The position numbers were made by a program, and so were the translations under genes. A stretch of DNA of 64,000 bases from Octopus sinensis (Eukaryota). Numbering within the stretch: position 1 is the first letter of the stretch; each line of letters opens with the position of its first letter. The notes under the pieces were generated by a model that was given only the letters and a program-made list of their open reading frames with translations, ran no database searches and was not told the origin of the DNA. Shown one piece after another: positions 12,815 through 26,515 of the stretch. The stretch is from positions 55,180,001 through 55,244,000 of the forward strand of contig NC_042997.1 in assembly GCF_006345805.1 (NCBI RefSeq), in the 5' to 3' direction.

Positions 12815-13105
12815 AGCGGTGGGTTAGTCGTTAAGGTATTCGGCTCATCATCGTAAGGGGCATGTGGTGTCTCTTGAGCAAGACACTTTATTTCCCACTG
12901 CTTGCTTCAGACCACTTAGTTGGTAAAAATGGGTTTTACATGTAATTCAAAAGGCCTGCATAGTCACATTCTATGTCACGCTGAATCTCCCTGGCAACTA
13001 AGTTAATGGTACGTATGTCGGTGAAGTGCTCAGTCACTTGTACGTTAATTTCACGAGCAGGCTGTTCTGTTGATCGGATCAACTGGAACACTCTTCGTCG
13101 TACAA
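12815..13105 (+). mobile_element. tRNA-type SINE (diverged)
   Basis: GGTGGGTTAGTCGTTAAGG head and TTGAGCAAGACACTTTATTTC core. Confidence 0.6.
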
Positions 13106-13138
13106 AGTGCAAGCTAAATATACATACGTACACGCATG

Positions 13139-13181
<43 letters not shown>

Positions 13182-13200
13182 ACACATACACAGACACAGA

Positions 13201-13537
13201 GCCTTTAATCGAGCAAATGAACCCCAGGACTTATTCTTTGCAAGCCTAGTACTTATTCTATCGGTGTCTCTTGCCGAACCGCTAAGTTACGGGGACTAAA
13301 CGCCCCAGCTTTGGTTGTCAAGCGATGTTGGGGGGACAAACACAAACCTACACACACACACACACATATATATATATAGAGAGAGGGCTTCTTTCAGTTT
13401 CCGTCTACCAAATCCACTCAAAAGGTATTGGTCAGCCCGAGGCTATAGTAGGAGACACTTGCTCAAGGTGCCACGTAGTGGGAATGAAACCGGAAGCATG
13501 TGGCTGGTAAGCAAGCTACGTACCACAAAGCCACTCC
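13201..13537 (-). mobile_element. Composite SINE, same family as 12167-12724
   Basis: Reverse complement matches head and body of 12167-12724. Confidence 0.85.
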
Positions 13538-13542
13538 TGCTG

Positions 13543-13580
<38 letters not shown>

Positions 13581-13729
13581 GAACACACACAGACACACAT
13601 ATACACACACATTATAACTGAGAAAATTGATTATTCTATCTCTATCTCTATTTCTCTCTCTCCTCCCTATGTATATTTATATACATACACACACATACAC
13701 ACATATGTGTGTGTGTGTGTGTTTTGGGA

Positions 13730-13920
13730 CGGTGTGCTGGCTGAATCGTTAGCACACCTGGAAAATGCTTAGCCACATTTCGTCCGTCTTTACGTTCTGG
13801 GTTCAAATTCAAGCGAGGTCAATTTTGCCTTTCGAGGTCGATAAAATAAGTAATTGCTGGGAACTGTTAATCGAATTATCCCCCTCACACGAAATTTCTA
13901 CCCTTGTGCCAAAATTTTCA
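13730..13920 (+). mobile_element. tRNA-type SINE with Deu/Nin-like central motif
   Basis: TGGCTGAATCGTTAG head, GGGTTCAAATTC B box, GCCTTT..GAGGTCGATAAAATAAGTA motif; family also at 27555, 44345, 53950, 57255. The Deu/Nin label is from recall of the motif. Confidence 0.7.
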
Positions 13921-13941
13921 ACCTATATTTTTATTTGTTTA

Positions 13942-14148
13942 TTTTTTTTATTTGTTTCAGTCATTTGATTGCAGCCATGCTGGAGCACCGCCTTAAAGAG
14001 TCTTTTAGTCAGAGAATGTTACGGGGACGTAAACACACCAACACCAATTGTTAAGCGATAGTGTGTGTGTGTGTATATGGGAAGCAAACACAGATACAAG
14101 GGGACACACACACACATATATTTATGTGTGTATGTCCTTGTATCTGTG
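13942..14148 (-). repeat. Internally deleted SINE tail segment, near-identical to 10282-10512
   Basis: Both carry the same deletion junction GAGTCTTTTAGTCAGAGAATGTTACGGGGACG and the same flanking sequence. Confidence 0.9.
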
Positions 14149-14254
14149 TATATAGAAACATATATGTGTGTTGTTCCAGGTAGGGAAGTGCCTTCCACAG
14201 CTTCCGATTCACCGAAACATTGTGAATTTGGTAGCGACTGTGTGCAAAAACTCG

Positions 14255-14302
<48 letters not shown>

Positions 14303-14464
14303 ACGTATGTACGTATGTTTGTATGTATGTATGTATGTATGTATGTGTGTGTGTATATATGTATGTATGTATTATGTATGTATGTATGTGAGATGTATGT
14401 ATGTATGTATGTATGTATGTATGTATGTATGTATGTATGTGTGTATGTATGTATGTATGTATGT

Positions 14465-15030
14465 GAGATGCATTCTAGGTTTGGGACTGACTTTTTAGGT
14501 TATTGTGATTTTAATATGTCATTACTATACAACTAATAACTGACCTGCCACATTTTAATTCCAGATTGAAGAAGTACACATTGCCTGTCACAGCTGACTA
14601 GTTTGCAGAAGGCAGTGGAGACATGAAGACGACTTGGAAGCTCACTATGCAATAAAGTTAACTGAGCAAAAACGTTACGAAAACTTATGGAGTGTTTATG
14701 GATTAACTTGTATGAATCGGGTATCAGTTTCTCGCTGGCACAAAAGGTTCGGGCATGGTAGGGAGGAGATGAGAGACGACGAGAGGTGTGGAAAGGAGAG
14801 AATATCAAAGCTGTTTGAGAAAATTCGTTGATGAAGACTCGTGTTTTCTAGATGTAGACTCGGTTTCTTCAAAGAATGATAGGCAACACTTATGAATTAC
14901 TTTAGGATTACCAAAATTGGTGAGATAAGGGGAAAGGATGACGCCGGCACATTATGATATCGAGTTATTTTTAGACGGGAGACATTGTCCGAAATATTGC
15001 AACAGAATGGACTGCTTTAGAGGCTGTCAA
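14465..15030 (+). mobile_element. Internally deleted mariner-like transposon relic
   Basis: ORF 14634-14831 HYAIKL...LWSVYGLTCMNRVSVSRWHKRFGHGREEMRDDERCG resembles the mariner N-terminal HTH (VYG...SR..V..W.KRF..GRE...DD.R.G); boundaries approximate. Confidence 0.7.
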
Positions 15031-16011
15031 GGACCACATGTCAGAAATAAATTGGGTGACGGATGAGGTCTACCACTCATATCAATCTGTCTGTCTGTCT
15101 GCATATTTGTCTGTCTGTCTGTTTGTCTGTATGTATGTATGTATGTATGTATGTAGGTATGTATGTATGTATGTATGTGTGGATGGATGAATGTACATAT
15201 ATAATGATTTCGCTTAGCTATAACGGTACCGAAAATCAATTGCTAGAAGTCCATATACTTATACGTTATAGTATTAGTAAAGTCCGTCGCGAAGACTTCA
15301 TTGAAGCTATAAAGCTCTGAGAAAGCTATAAGAAGTCGCCCACACACTCAACTTTAGGTGCAACCATACTTATTGCAGAAACAACTATAAGCTAATGAAA
15401 GTCAATGCGTAATTCCTGTTCTTTCGTCATTAATTTATTAATGCTTATTCACACGCGCATATAATACGTGTTTACTCGAGCGTGAATGTGTGTATATAAA
15501 TGTGTGTATGTACTTATATGTTGCATAAATTACTTATTTATCAAATATCATAAAATTAAGGAATGGGTAAAAGAGGGCTTGAAAGGGATTTTCCAAAACC
15601 CTCACCTGCATAAAAGTGCAGAAAATTGAAATCGGATCGAGAACTCTAGTCTATGACGCCCCTGAACGAACCAGAAGATATTGATGTAGCTTAATGCTAT
15701 TTGAAATAAATCCAAAATGTAAAAGACTCCATATGATGTGTGGTTATAAACTAAGAACTACTCTCTTAAAGAAAATTACTATACTTGCTGCTGAGGTGTT
15801 TAAGTTTAGGAAGTATATTCTACTGGAAGTTTCATACAATATGCACTGAATCACCAATTGTCTACTAAATGTGTACCAGTGTATATGTGCGTGTGTATAT
15901 GTATCTGAGGATGAGTGTGACAGTACGAGTATGTGAGGATATGTTTGTGAAGATGTGAGACTGTGTGTGTGTGTATGTCTGCGCGTGTATGTGTGTGTGT
16001 GCGTGTGTGTG

Positions 16012-16053
<42 letters not shown>

Positions 16054-16163
16054 TGAATGTGCATTCGCATGTGTGCACGCTTTGGAAACCTATACAAGTA
16101 TACGTTTGAATGCCTCTCGGTAGGTGTATCTATAAATGCATATACATGCATACGTATAGATAT

Positions 16164-16500
<337 letters not shown>

Positions 16501-18247
16501 ATATCCGCGCACTTAGACAAATATAACTTTACCTGTATATATGTATACGTCTATAGAATTATCTTCTCTTGCTTGCTGTCCCTCTCCCTTCTTCTTTCTC
16601 TCTCTTTCCCTTTATATATGTCGATATAATTACATATGGATGTGCCTACGTGGCTGTGTATATTACTGTATGCGTATTAGTGTACAACCTGTGTACAGTA
16701 TGTCAGTATGTGTATATGTGCATGTGGTAATGCTCTAATGTTCTCTGGCACTTCCCTCGCTCACATCGCAAAACATGTGCTTCTCATTTTGAAGTAAAGT
16801 TCTTAGGAAAAAGCAAAAAGAAATAGAAAGAAAACAGATTGATGAAGAGAAAGTAGAGGAAAAATACCATCCTATAAAATAGTTCTACAGAAAACAATTG
16901 CAGATGCCGACTGTTCGGTGTTTAAAGCGATCCGACTCAAGAATGGTGAGCGAACACGACTTCGTGATGTCTTGATGGCTCCCCTTGGCCACACCTCCCG
17001 CTGCTAACCAGGGTAGCAGGAATATTGTGTGAAGACCAACTGCGGTTTGTCTCCGGTGGATCGTGAGTAAACCAAGAGAAAAATCAACGAACAGCTTTCT
17101 GAGGATTCAAAAAGGACATTTTCGATAAAGTGTTGAGAAAAAGATATGTTTACACTTAACGAGATTACTGAAAATAATGTGAAACGACATGTCACTCTAT
17201 TGTCGATAGATGGCGCTAGTTTCTGGCTGAATGCGACACCTGTCTGTGTATCTATATACACGCTTTATATGTATTATTTATGTCTGTGTAAGTACATATA
17301 CATGTAAATGTATGTATGTATGTATGTATGTATGTATGTATGTATGTATGTATGTATATATATACACATAAATACATATATATATATGTATGTATGTATA
17401 TATATATATATGCACATAAATACATATATATAAATGTATGTATGTATGTATGTATGTATGTATGTATGTATGTATGTATGTATATATATACACATAAATA
17501 CATATAATATATGTATGTATGTATATATATATATATGCAATAAATACATATATATAATGTATGTATGTATGTGTGTATGTATGTATGTATGTATGTATGT
17601 ATGTATGTATGCATGTGTGTGTGTATATATTATAGATATGCATACAGAGAAGCACATACACACACATGTGCGCGCACTTTGTAGTATAAACTTAGTTATG
17701 TAAGTATATAAAGCATTTGTTTACTGACGTTTACACTTGTTTATATTAAATGCAGTACCGCTAAATTTGAAGATATATCGTGTAGACGGAATTGTATTTG
17801 AAATTTGAAAATACACAGGCGCGCGGACTCACACACAAACTGACATACATACACACACACATACATACACACGCATATGATTGTGTATATATGTATGTGT
17901 ATATATATGTATATATATATATATATATATATTCATGCGCACAGACATATGTATGTGTATGTATGCATGTATGTATGCCTATATGCAAATATATATAAGA
18001 AGTGGAATTTTCACCGTCCTTTACTCCAAGATTCACATGCTGCTCAGTCAAAAAATCGTATTTGAAACATGAGCTTCATTGTGAAAAGAAAACAGAATGG
18101 CATCACCCGCATTCTGTTTGTATGTATGTTGAAAGAGATGTATCAATGCTACTGGTTTTTAATCCTATTAGATCTGGTGAAATATCTGGGCCATAAATGC
18201 GATCTACTCATTTAGTATTTGTATATGTCCCTTTGCTGCTGTAGATA

Positions 18248-18300
18248 ACTTAGAACAATTGTCGTGCTGATGACGCCTACTGAGGCAGAAACAATTGCCA
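18248..18300 (+). ncRNA. Hammerhead-ribozyme-like relic
   Basis: CTGATGA (18267-18273), GCCT/AGGC stem II, GAAA, palindromic CAATTG; stem I poor and the downstream cleavage-site U is altered. Confidence 0.35.
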
Positions 18301-18513
18301 AAATCTGAATTTTTATCTCGAGACAGTAAGCTTGAACCTTTCCGTAATAAAAATGTGAAATTTTAACTAAGTATTCCCCAGATTCTACTTCTATAAGGAA
18401 TTGGTCTTAATCGCCATTTGATAATTGTGACGCATTCTCCAAAGGTAATTTTAATAAATCGCGAATTTATGTTGTATGATATATGATAGACCTGTATTTG
18501 CTTATATTATACA

Positions 18514-18603
<90 letters not shown>

Positions 18604-18792
18604 TATGTATATAATTTATTTATGAAAGCTTAATATTGGAGTCTATATGAGAGCGTCTGTGTGTTTGCACGATGAATTAATGAACACACATACACACACA
18701 CACACACATATACACACATACACAAACACTTATATGTTATATCATACATATATACTTATACATTTATACTTACACACACATATATGTATGTA

Positions 18793-18869
<77 letters not shown>

Positions 18870-18870
<1 letters not shown>

Positions 18871-19136
18871 TATTGGTAAAACGGTAAGATAACAAAAAAA
18901 GAAAGATACCTCAATATTATGTAATAGAGGAAATTTATCTATACAATAATATGTTACATTACTCGATAGTCAAGATAAAACTCTGAGTTTCAGATGCCGA
19001 AGTGGAAATCCACACACCATCTCTTCGGTTATCTGGCCAGATACCGAAGAGATGGTGTTGTGGATTTCCACTTCGGCATCTGAAACTCAGAGTTTTATCT
19101 TGACTACCGAGTAATGTAACATATTATTGTATAGAT
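18870..19136. repeat. 200-bp near-perfect palindrome (18937-19136), probably inverted Penelope-like termini
   Basis: Arms are reverse complements with zero spacer, centre ATCTGG|CCAGAT at 19036/19037; the left arm continues as extra element sequence to ~18870. Confidence 0.85.
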
Positions 19137-19157
19137 ATATATAAATATATATATATA

Positions 19158-19600
19158 CAAGCAGAGATACCCGGCGTTGCCCGTGTGACATACAATTGAA
19201 GAATTAGACTTTCTGTTATATTTTCTCTAATGAACTGGAATATCTATGTTTCGAATTTCATAAAAATTGCAGATGAGGGTTATTTCCCTCTTTACAGACC
19301 CCCCAAAAATTGTAATCGTGCCACATATATCCCATATTACTGATTTTTATGCGCATATTCCAAAATTCCAGTTTTATGGAACCTGTTAAAAAGATTTTGC
19401 TTCTGAAAAATGAAGGTCATAGAGCTCTAAAATGTGAGAGTTAAGGCCCCTATTGGGGGTGGGCATCTTAATATCAACCACAGAAGTTGAATTGTTGAGA
19501 ATTTTTTTTACTTGGATTTTATATCTATTGTTTGAATTTCTTTGAAATAGGAAATATATGTTCACTGGGTTTGTAAAAGAGAGCAAAGCTACAGGAAACC
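19158..19600 (-). mobile_element. Non-autonomous Helitron 3' portion
   Basis: Minus strand ends C(A)CGGGCAACGCCGGG hairpin + TATCTCTG + CTTG|T (degenerate CTAG|T); related body sequence recurs at ~20200-20465. Confidence 0.65.
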
Positions 19601-20463
19601 AAAAGACGAATGATCACAATAAGCAGTCAGCTACAGTACCCTAGACGTTACCATTCCCAATGTAGGATTCCTCACCATCCAGGTGACAGGCACAGCAGTA
19701 AGATGCATTACGAATTTATAGCAATTGGAAGGGCGTGACCCAACTGAAATCAACATTAACAACTGTGTGACGTGAGGGCTAAGGAGAAATGAAAGTTGCA
19801 GTTTGCAAATGACAACTATACTGATATGTAACTGGACAGAATAAATTTACAATGTATAAATGTCTTTGAATAACCAGTCACTCATCTGGGAAGGCCTTGA
19901 AATCAATGTTACCATGTGGGGACTATGTGTGACCGAGTGATAATAAAATGACTGAAAGGACGTCTGCAATCAAATAACTTTACTCAACACTTTGCAACTC
20001 AATCAGTGGAGGCAAAGATGCTTCTCATTTACTTGAAAATTTATGCAGCACATTGCAGAAATCACAATGTAAGTGTATGTCAAAGCAAACTGTTACAATG
20101 TTGTACCATTGAATTAGAAATAATGCTCAACTTTTATGCTCGGGTAACCCTACAGCTTCCAAGAGCACAACTGTATTCGTTTTTGCTTTGTTAAAATTAC
20201 AAAATTGTGGGTGTTAAGTCCCCATGGAGGGGTCTTTATAACTTGTAAGAAGACGAAATTTTATAAATATTACTTCATTTGTGTCTAATATCTATGGTTA
20301 AAATTTCATCAACAGCAAAAATATATGAATTGTCATGGGGGTTATGACCCTTATGCATAGAATATAATTTCCAAATTTCATAAAGATCCATTCAGTACTT
20401 TTGACCTAGATTTGGATCAAAAAAGAAATGACTAAAATTTGGGAGTTAAGGCTCCCATTAGGG

Positions 20464-20540
<77 letters not shown>

Positions 20541-20541
20541 G

Positions 20542-20591
<50 letters not shown>

Positions 20592-20871
20592 TATACACAC
20601 ACACACATACAAAGATAAATTGATAGATACAACTGATTGGGCAAACAAAAATATGAGACACAGCCTAATGCTTTTTTATGTTGATAAGCTTGGTACTTAT
20701 TGTATTAGTTTGTTCTTGTGAAACCAGTAAGTTAAGTGGATGTAAATAAATGAACAGCAGTTGTGAAGCAGTGATGAGGGCGAAACACAGAAACAAAGAC
20801 ACACACATACACTTACATATATAGATACATATATATACGATTGATTTGTTTCAGTTCCTGTCTACGAAATC

Positions 20872-23568
20872 GATGTATATTGTTGCAGGCATCCTTTTTG
20901 TCTCGGGAGACAATGGAGTTGCGCATAAAATAATCTAGACCGGCTTTTACATTTCATGTCCTAATACATCTCCTGCTGTGGCTGTGTAGTCCTATCCTGG
21001 ACAAACACTCCCTCTAGCAGGTGCCGCAAATGTAGCGAAGACTTTGCCTGGCTGGTTGTAATGTCATACTTTCTTGTTGACGTCTTTTCTTGTCTTTCCA
21101 TTTCTCCTCTCTCTCTATGTCACTTCTTTGTGTTCCCCCTTTTACGGTACGTCGCCAAACTCCTCGGTTGCTGGCAACTACTTCCCAGTTGGTAATATTG
21201 ATGTTGCAGGCATTCATGTCCCTTTTGCAAACATCCTTGTAACGTAAGAATGGTCTTCCCACAGACCTAGTGCCCCTAGGAAGCTCTCCGTAGAGTATGT
21301 CCTTGGGGATTCTGCCATCTTCCATACGGCTAACATGTCCAAGCCATCTCATACGTCTTTGTGTGAGGAGTGCAACATGCTTGGTATTCCTGCTTGCTTG
21401 AGGACATCTTTGTTGCGGACATGATTCTGCCATTTGATGCGAAGGATTTCCCGGAGGCAGCGCAGGTGAAAGATATTTAGGCGACGCTCTTGGCGTGTGT
21501 ATGGCGTCCAAGTCTCACTTCCATACAGTAGAGTGCTAAGTACACATGCCTGGTAAATCTTAATTTTTGTGGTCTTGGTCAGCTTATTGTTGTCCCATGC
21601 CCGTTTGGATAGTTGGGCCATCACAGCAGCTGCCTTGCCAATGCGTATATTGAGCTCAGCATCAAGGGATATGTTGTAGGTGACGGTAGAGCTAAGATAG
21701 GTAAACTTCTCCACCTCTTGTAGTCTGTAGTCTCCAATATGTATGTTTGGAATGTCCGATGTATCCTGACCCATGATATTGGTCCTCTTGAGGCTGATAA
21801 CTAAGCCAAAGTCGCTACATGCTTACTCAAAACAGTTGATGAGCCTTTGTAGGGCTTTTTCTGTGCGTGATACCAGAGCGGCATCATTAGCAAATAGCAC
21901 CTCCTTGATCAGGACGCTTCTGATTTTGGTCTTGACACGCAGACACGAGAGATTGAACAGTTTCCTGTCACTTCTACTGTGCAGAAACACTCCATCATCT
22001 GATGTCTGAAAGGCATATGACAGCAGCAGCGAGAAGAAGATGCCAAATAATGTAGGGGCAACAGCACAACCTTGCTTTACCCCGTTTTTTATTTGGAAGG
22101 CCGTTGATGTTAAACCATTGTGCTGTATGGTGCCTTGCATATCATCATAGAAAGATTTGATGATCCTCAGCAGCTTTGGTGGACATCCGATTTTTTTGGA
22201 GCCGGATGAAGAGGCCTTTTCTACTTACCAAGTTAAAGGCCTTTGTCAGATCAATGAAGGCCATATATAATGGCATTTTTTGCTCTCTGAACTTCTCCTG
22301 AAGTTGGCGTATGGACAATATCATGTCAATAGTTGATCTGCTTCTTCTAAAGCCACACTGCGATTCTGGATAAATTCGAGAAGCAAGCAGTTGTAGCCTG
22401 GACAGGATAACGCGAGCAAAGGCCTTTCCAACAGTACTTAGAAGAGATATTCCACGGTAATTGTTACAATCACCACGTTCACCGTTGTTTTTGTAAAGCG
22501 CAATGATGTTAGCATCCCGCATATCCTGAGGGACTGTACCCTCTCCCCAGCACTGACACAGAAGCTCATGAATGTGCCGAAGCAGGATAGTGTTTTTGCC
22601 GGTTTTGATGATCTCTAAGGAGATGACGTCTTTTCCCGGAGCCTTGTTACTTGCTAGGGAGGCAATAGCTTTGATGAGCTCTGCTATAGATGGCAGACTG
22701 TCAAGTTCACACATGACTGGCAAGATCTTGACACCCTCGATTGCAGCCTCAGCTACCGTGGTCTCCTATGAGTAGAGATCCTGGTAGTACTTCACCCATC
22801 TATCCATTTGCTTGCTTTGGTCCTTGATGAGATCTCCAGTAGTTGATTTCAGAGGGGCTGACTTGGTTGCGGGTGGACCGAGGGCCTTCTTCAAACCGGC
22901 ACACATCTGTGACAGATTTCCTGCCAATACCTATTTGCACAGCATCTGGCAGTCAGTTGGGTTTTATTTCTTGCCTTTCTGAGTTCTTCGAGTGACTTTG
23001 TAGAAGAATCACTCTTGTATTGCATCAGAGCTGCACGCTTTGCTTCGATAACTGTTTCCAGTTCTGAGAGCCCAGCACTGAACCAATCTGGGTTTTGCCT
23101 TTCTCTCATGCCGAAAGTATCTATTGATGTGGTATACAAAGCTTCCCTGATATAATTCCACCTACTTTCAGCAGAGGAGGTTGGGCAGCTACTGAGGGCA
23201 ACCTTGATGGAAACAACAAAACATTTTCGCACTGTAGGGTCCGATGTTCTGGCAGTGTTAATGCGTAGTCGGCCCATTTTCTTGGAGTAATGGACTTTGT
23301 TAGGCAGAATCCTCACCCTGCTTCTTATTAGTGAATGATGTATGTCACAATCCGCACTGTGGTAACTACGGGTCAGTTGAACAGAAATCAGAAATGATAT
23401 TCGTGTAATGATGAGATCCAGCTGATGCCAGTGGTGAGATATTGGATGTCTCCAAGATGCCTTGTGGGATGTCTTGTTGGCAAAGAATGTGTTGGTGATG
23501 CACGGGTTATGGTATGTGCAAAATTCAAGTAGTCTCTGACCATTGTCATTCATGTTGCCAATACCAAA
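20872..23568 (-). mobile_element. 5'-truncated RTE-clade (BovB-like) LINE, frameshifted
   Basis: Collinear minus ORFs: APE C-terminus (FGIGNMNDNGQRLLEFC..HWHQLDLII), RT (YRGISLLSTVGK, PESQCGFR, AFIDLTKAF, GVKQG, LFANDA), RLNIFHLRCLREILRIKWQ, CGTC*RECLSRIGLHSHSRRC; short 3' UTR ending CCATTGTCTCCCGAGACAAAAAGGATGCC. Confidence 0.95.
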
Positions 23569-23633
23569 ACACATACACTTACATATATACATATATATAT
23601 ACGATTGATTTATTTCAGTTCCTGCCTACGAAA

Positions 23634-23740
<107 letters not shown>

Positions 23741-23829
23741 ACACACACACACACCAAAGATAAATTGACAGATACAACTGAGTGCGCAAATAAACATATG
23801 AGACACTGCCTAGTGTTTTATTTTTATAT

Positions 23830-24116
23830 TTTGATAAGCCTGATACTTATTCTATCAGTTTCTTCTTGTGAAACCAGTAAGTTATGGGGATGTAAATAAA
23901 CGAACGCCAGTTGTGAAGCAGTGATGAGGGAGAAACACAAGGACACACACATAGACTTACATATATACATACATATACATACAATTGATTTCTACAAAAT
24001 CCACTGACAAGGCTTTGGTTGGTCTGAGGCTTTAACAGAAGACACGTGCCAAGTTACCACACAGTGGGACTGAACTGAGGACCATGTGTTTTGGAATCAA
24101 GTTTTTTACCACACAT
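23830..24116 (-). mobile_element. Composite SINE (family of 12167-12724); partial duplicate at ~20680-20871
   Basis: Reverse complement matches SINE head and body. Confidence 0.75.
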
Positions 24117-24349
24117 CTAAACCTGCACCTATGTATGTGTGTAGGTGTGGGTGGAGGTGTGTGTATGTGTGTATATATGTATGCATGTATATATGTATAT
24201 ATATATATGTGTATATATTACATGTACATCTATATATATACATCTAGACATACATGTATATCCATAGAAATACATCTATACATATACATGTATATTATAC
24301 ATCTATATATACATATATATATATATATATATAATATATATATATATAT

Positions 24350-24381
<32 letters not shown>

Positions 24382-24451
24382 ATATATGTATAATATATAT
24401 ATATGTATATATATATATAATATATATATATATATATAGTATATATATATA

Positions 24452-24496
<45 letters not shown>

Positions 24497-24499
24497 ATA

Positions 24500-24695
24500 T
24501 ATGTGACCTCGTGTGTACCGTTGGCGATTTTTTTTCCTCTGTCTTCCCTTCTCTGGATCTTTCCTTCTATGTTTCTGCTCGAAACGTTAAACTCTCCTTC
24601 TTCCCTTCTTTCCTGAGCGTCCAATAATACTATATTTGTTCCACGTCCTCGCGTTGTGTTTTTTGTGTTTTCTTGTTTGGATTAGCTTTACATAT
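24500..24695 (+). mobile_element. Penelope-like terminal repeat with partly deleted hammerhead-like motif
   Basis: Homologous to the reverse complement of 41280-41480; keeps GCTC-GAAA-CGTT-AAAC but lacks the CYGANGA half. Confidence 0.6.
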
Positions 24696-24729
24696 ATATA
24701 TACATCCATATACATACAATAGAGAGCTG

Positions 24730-24922
24730 TTTTATTTCACTTTTAACACGTAATACTGAAATAGTGGAGAAGATATGATATTGCTGTAGGCCCGCCCTAG
24801 GTAATGGACCCTAAGTAAGGCATGTGTAAAATTTGAATGAAATTGATTGTGTAGTTCTCAAGTTTTAGGGAAATACACAGACAGACAGACAGACCACATT
24901 CTCAGTTTTATATATATAGAGA
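24730..24922 (-). mobile_element. Non-autonomous Helitron 5' portion
   Basis: Minus strand A|TCTCTATATATATAAAACTGAGAATGTGGT(CTGT)n, the typical TC start plus (CTGT)n of small Helitrons. Confidence 0.65.
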
Positions 24923-24943
24923 TGTATGTATATATGTATATGT

Positions 24944-24983
<40 letters not shown>

Positions 24984-25192
24984 TATATATATAATGTATA
25001 ATATATATATATATATATGTATGTATGTATATGTATATGTATGTATATATATGTATGTATATGTATATATATGTATATATATATGTATGTATATGTATAT
25101 ATATATATATATGTTTAATATTATATATATATATATGTATGTATAATATATATATATGTGTATGTATATGTATATATATAATATGTATATAT

Positions 25193-25234
<42 letters not shown>

Positions 25235-25244
25235 TATGTATATA

Positions 25245-25302
<58 letters not shown>

Positions 25303-25419
25303 AGAGTTAGCACATAAATGTGAAACAATGGTGTAAAAATTCTCAACCAAAACTGTCCGACGAACGAAGTAACAGTTTTTGTGATGTTTTAGCTGCTTTA
25401 TTAATACATACATATTACT

Positions 25420-25675
25420 TTATTGCCCAGACTGTCGGATGTAGTCATACATCGCTGGCTACAATGCTATTACTTGCATTGATGTAATTTGCAAATGATG
25501 TCACTTCTCTAGCTGGGCGGGTTGGCCGTTATTTCCCTGAACGGAACGCCAGTCCGTCGCAGTGTAATCCATTTACTACTGAGTAGACTTGAGCAACGTG
25601 AAATGAAGTCTTTTGCTCAAGAACACAACGTGTCGCCGGTGTGGGATTCGAAAACGTGATATTGTGATCATGATA
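25420..25675 (-). mobile_element. tRNA-type SINE
   Basis: Minus strand has B box TTCGAATCC and GTTCTTGAGCAAAAGACTTCATTTCAC core. Confidence 0.65.
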
Positions 25676-25744
25676 TCATGATTACAATACCCTTTCTACT
25701 AGGCAACGCGTCTTCACACACACACACCCCAGGACACTATTATG

Positions 25745-25787
<43 letters not shown>

Positions 25788-25894
25788 CACACACATATAT
25801 ATATATATATACTTTTCTACTCGCTTCAGCCATGCGGCTGCGGTCATGCTGGAGCACCACCGTGGTCTTTCTGATTACCTCAGTCTGGGGTGTT

Positions 25895-26460
25895 TCACAT
25901 CATCACTTCTGTATGTGCATTTGTCCCAGCAGCTGGCCCTTTGGTGTATAAAGGAGTTTGATTCCGCTGCTCTCGTCTGCACCTCACGTTGGGCCGTTGA
26001 TTCATCCGGTATTGTGGAGAGGAGGATGTCTAGTTCCTTTTTGAAGATATCTACTCCACCTTATGCAGCTTTCTTAATTTTTGTGGCAGGGCATTGAAGA
26101 ACTGTGGGTCTTTGAGCCCTAGACTATTGAAGTACTTGGTCCTGAATGTTGATGGAGTGGATGATACCTTTAGTACAATACAATGCTGGCCAGTTCTGGC
26201 ATTTGTATAACACGCAATGCCGAAATTACGTACTAGCCCTTCTAGAGTTTTCCATATGTAGATTATTACATGTTGTAGCGCCTTCGCTCCAGGGAGTAAA
26301 GTTGCAGTTTTCTCAGCCTATCCCTGTAGCTCATCCGCTGCACTGCTTCAATCCTTTTAGTGTAGTGGCATTGGACTGCTTCAAACTCCACCACTATGTG
26401 GTGACCATAACTGGGAGCAGTAGTCCAGGCGGCTGAGAGCAAACGTTTTCCACGGGGTCA
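25895..26460 (-). mobile_element. 3' fragment of a CR1/L2(Jockey-group)-like LINE
   Basis: Minus strand: LLSRLDYCSQLWSPH ... IIYIWKTLEGLVRNFGI..YTNARTGQHC ... NSLGLKDPQFFNALPQKLR. Confidence 0.8.
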
Positions 26461-26464
26461 GCAT

Positions 26465-26482
26465 AGTTTCTTGGTCACTTGT

Positions 26483-26515
<33 letters not shown>

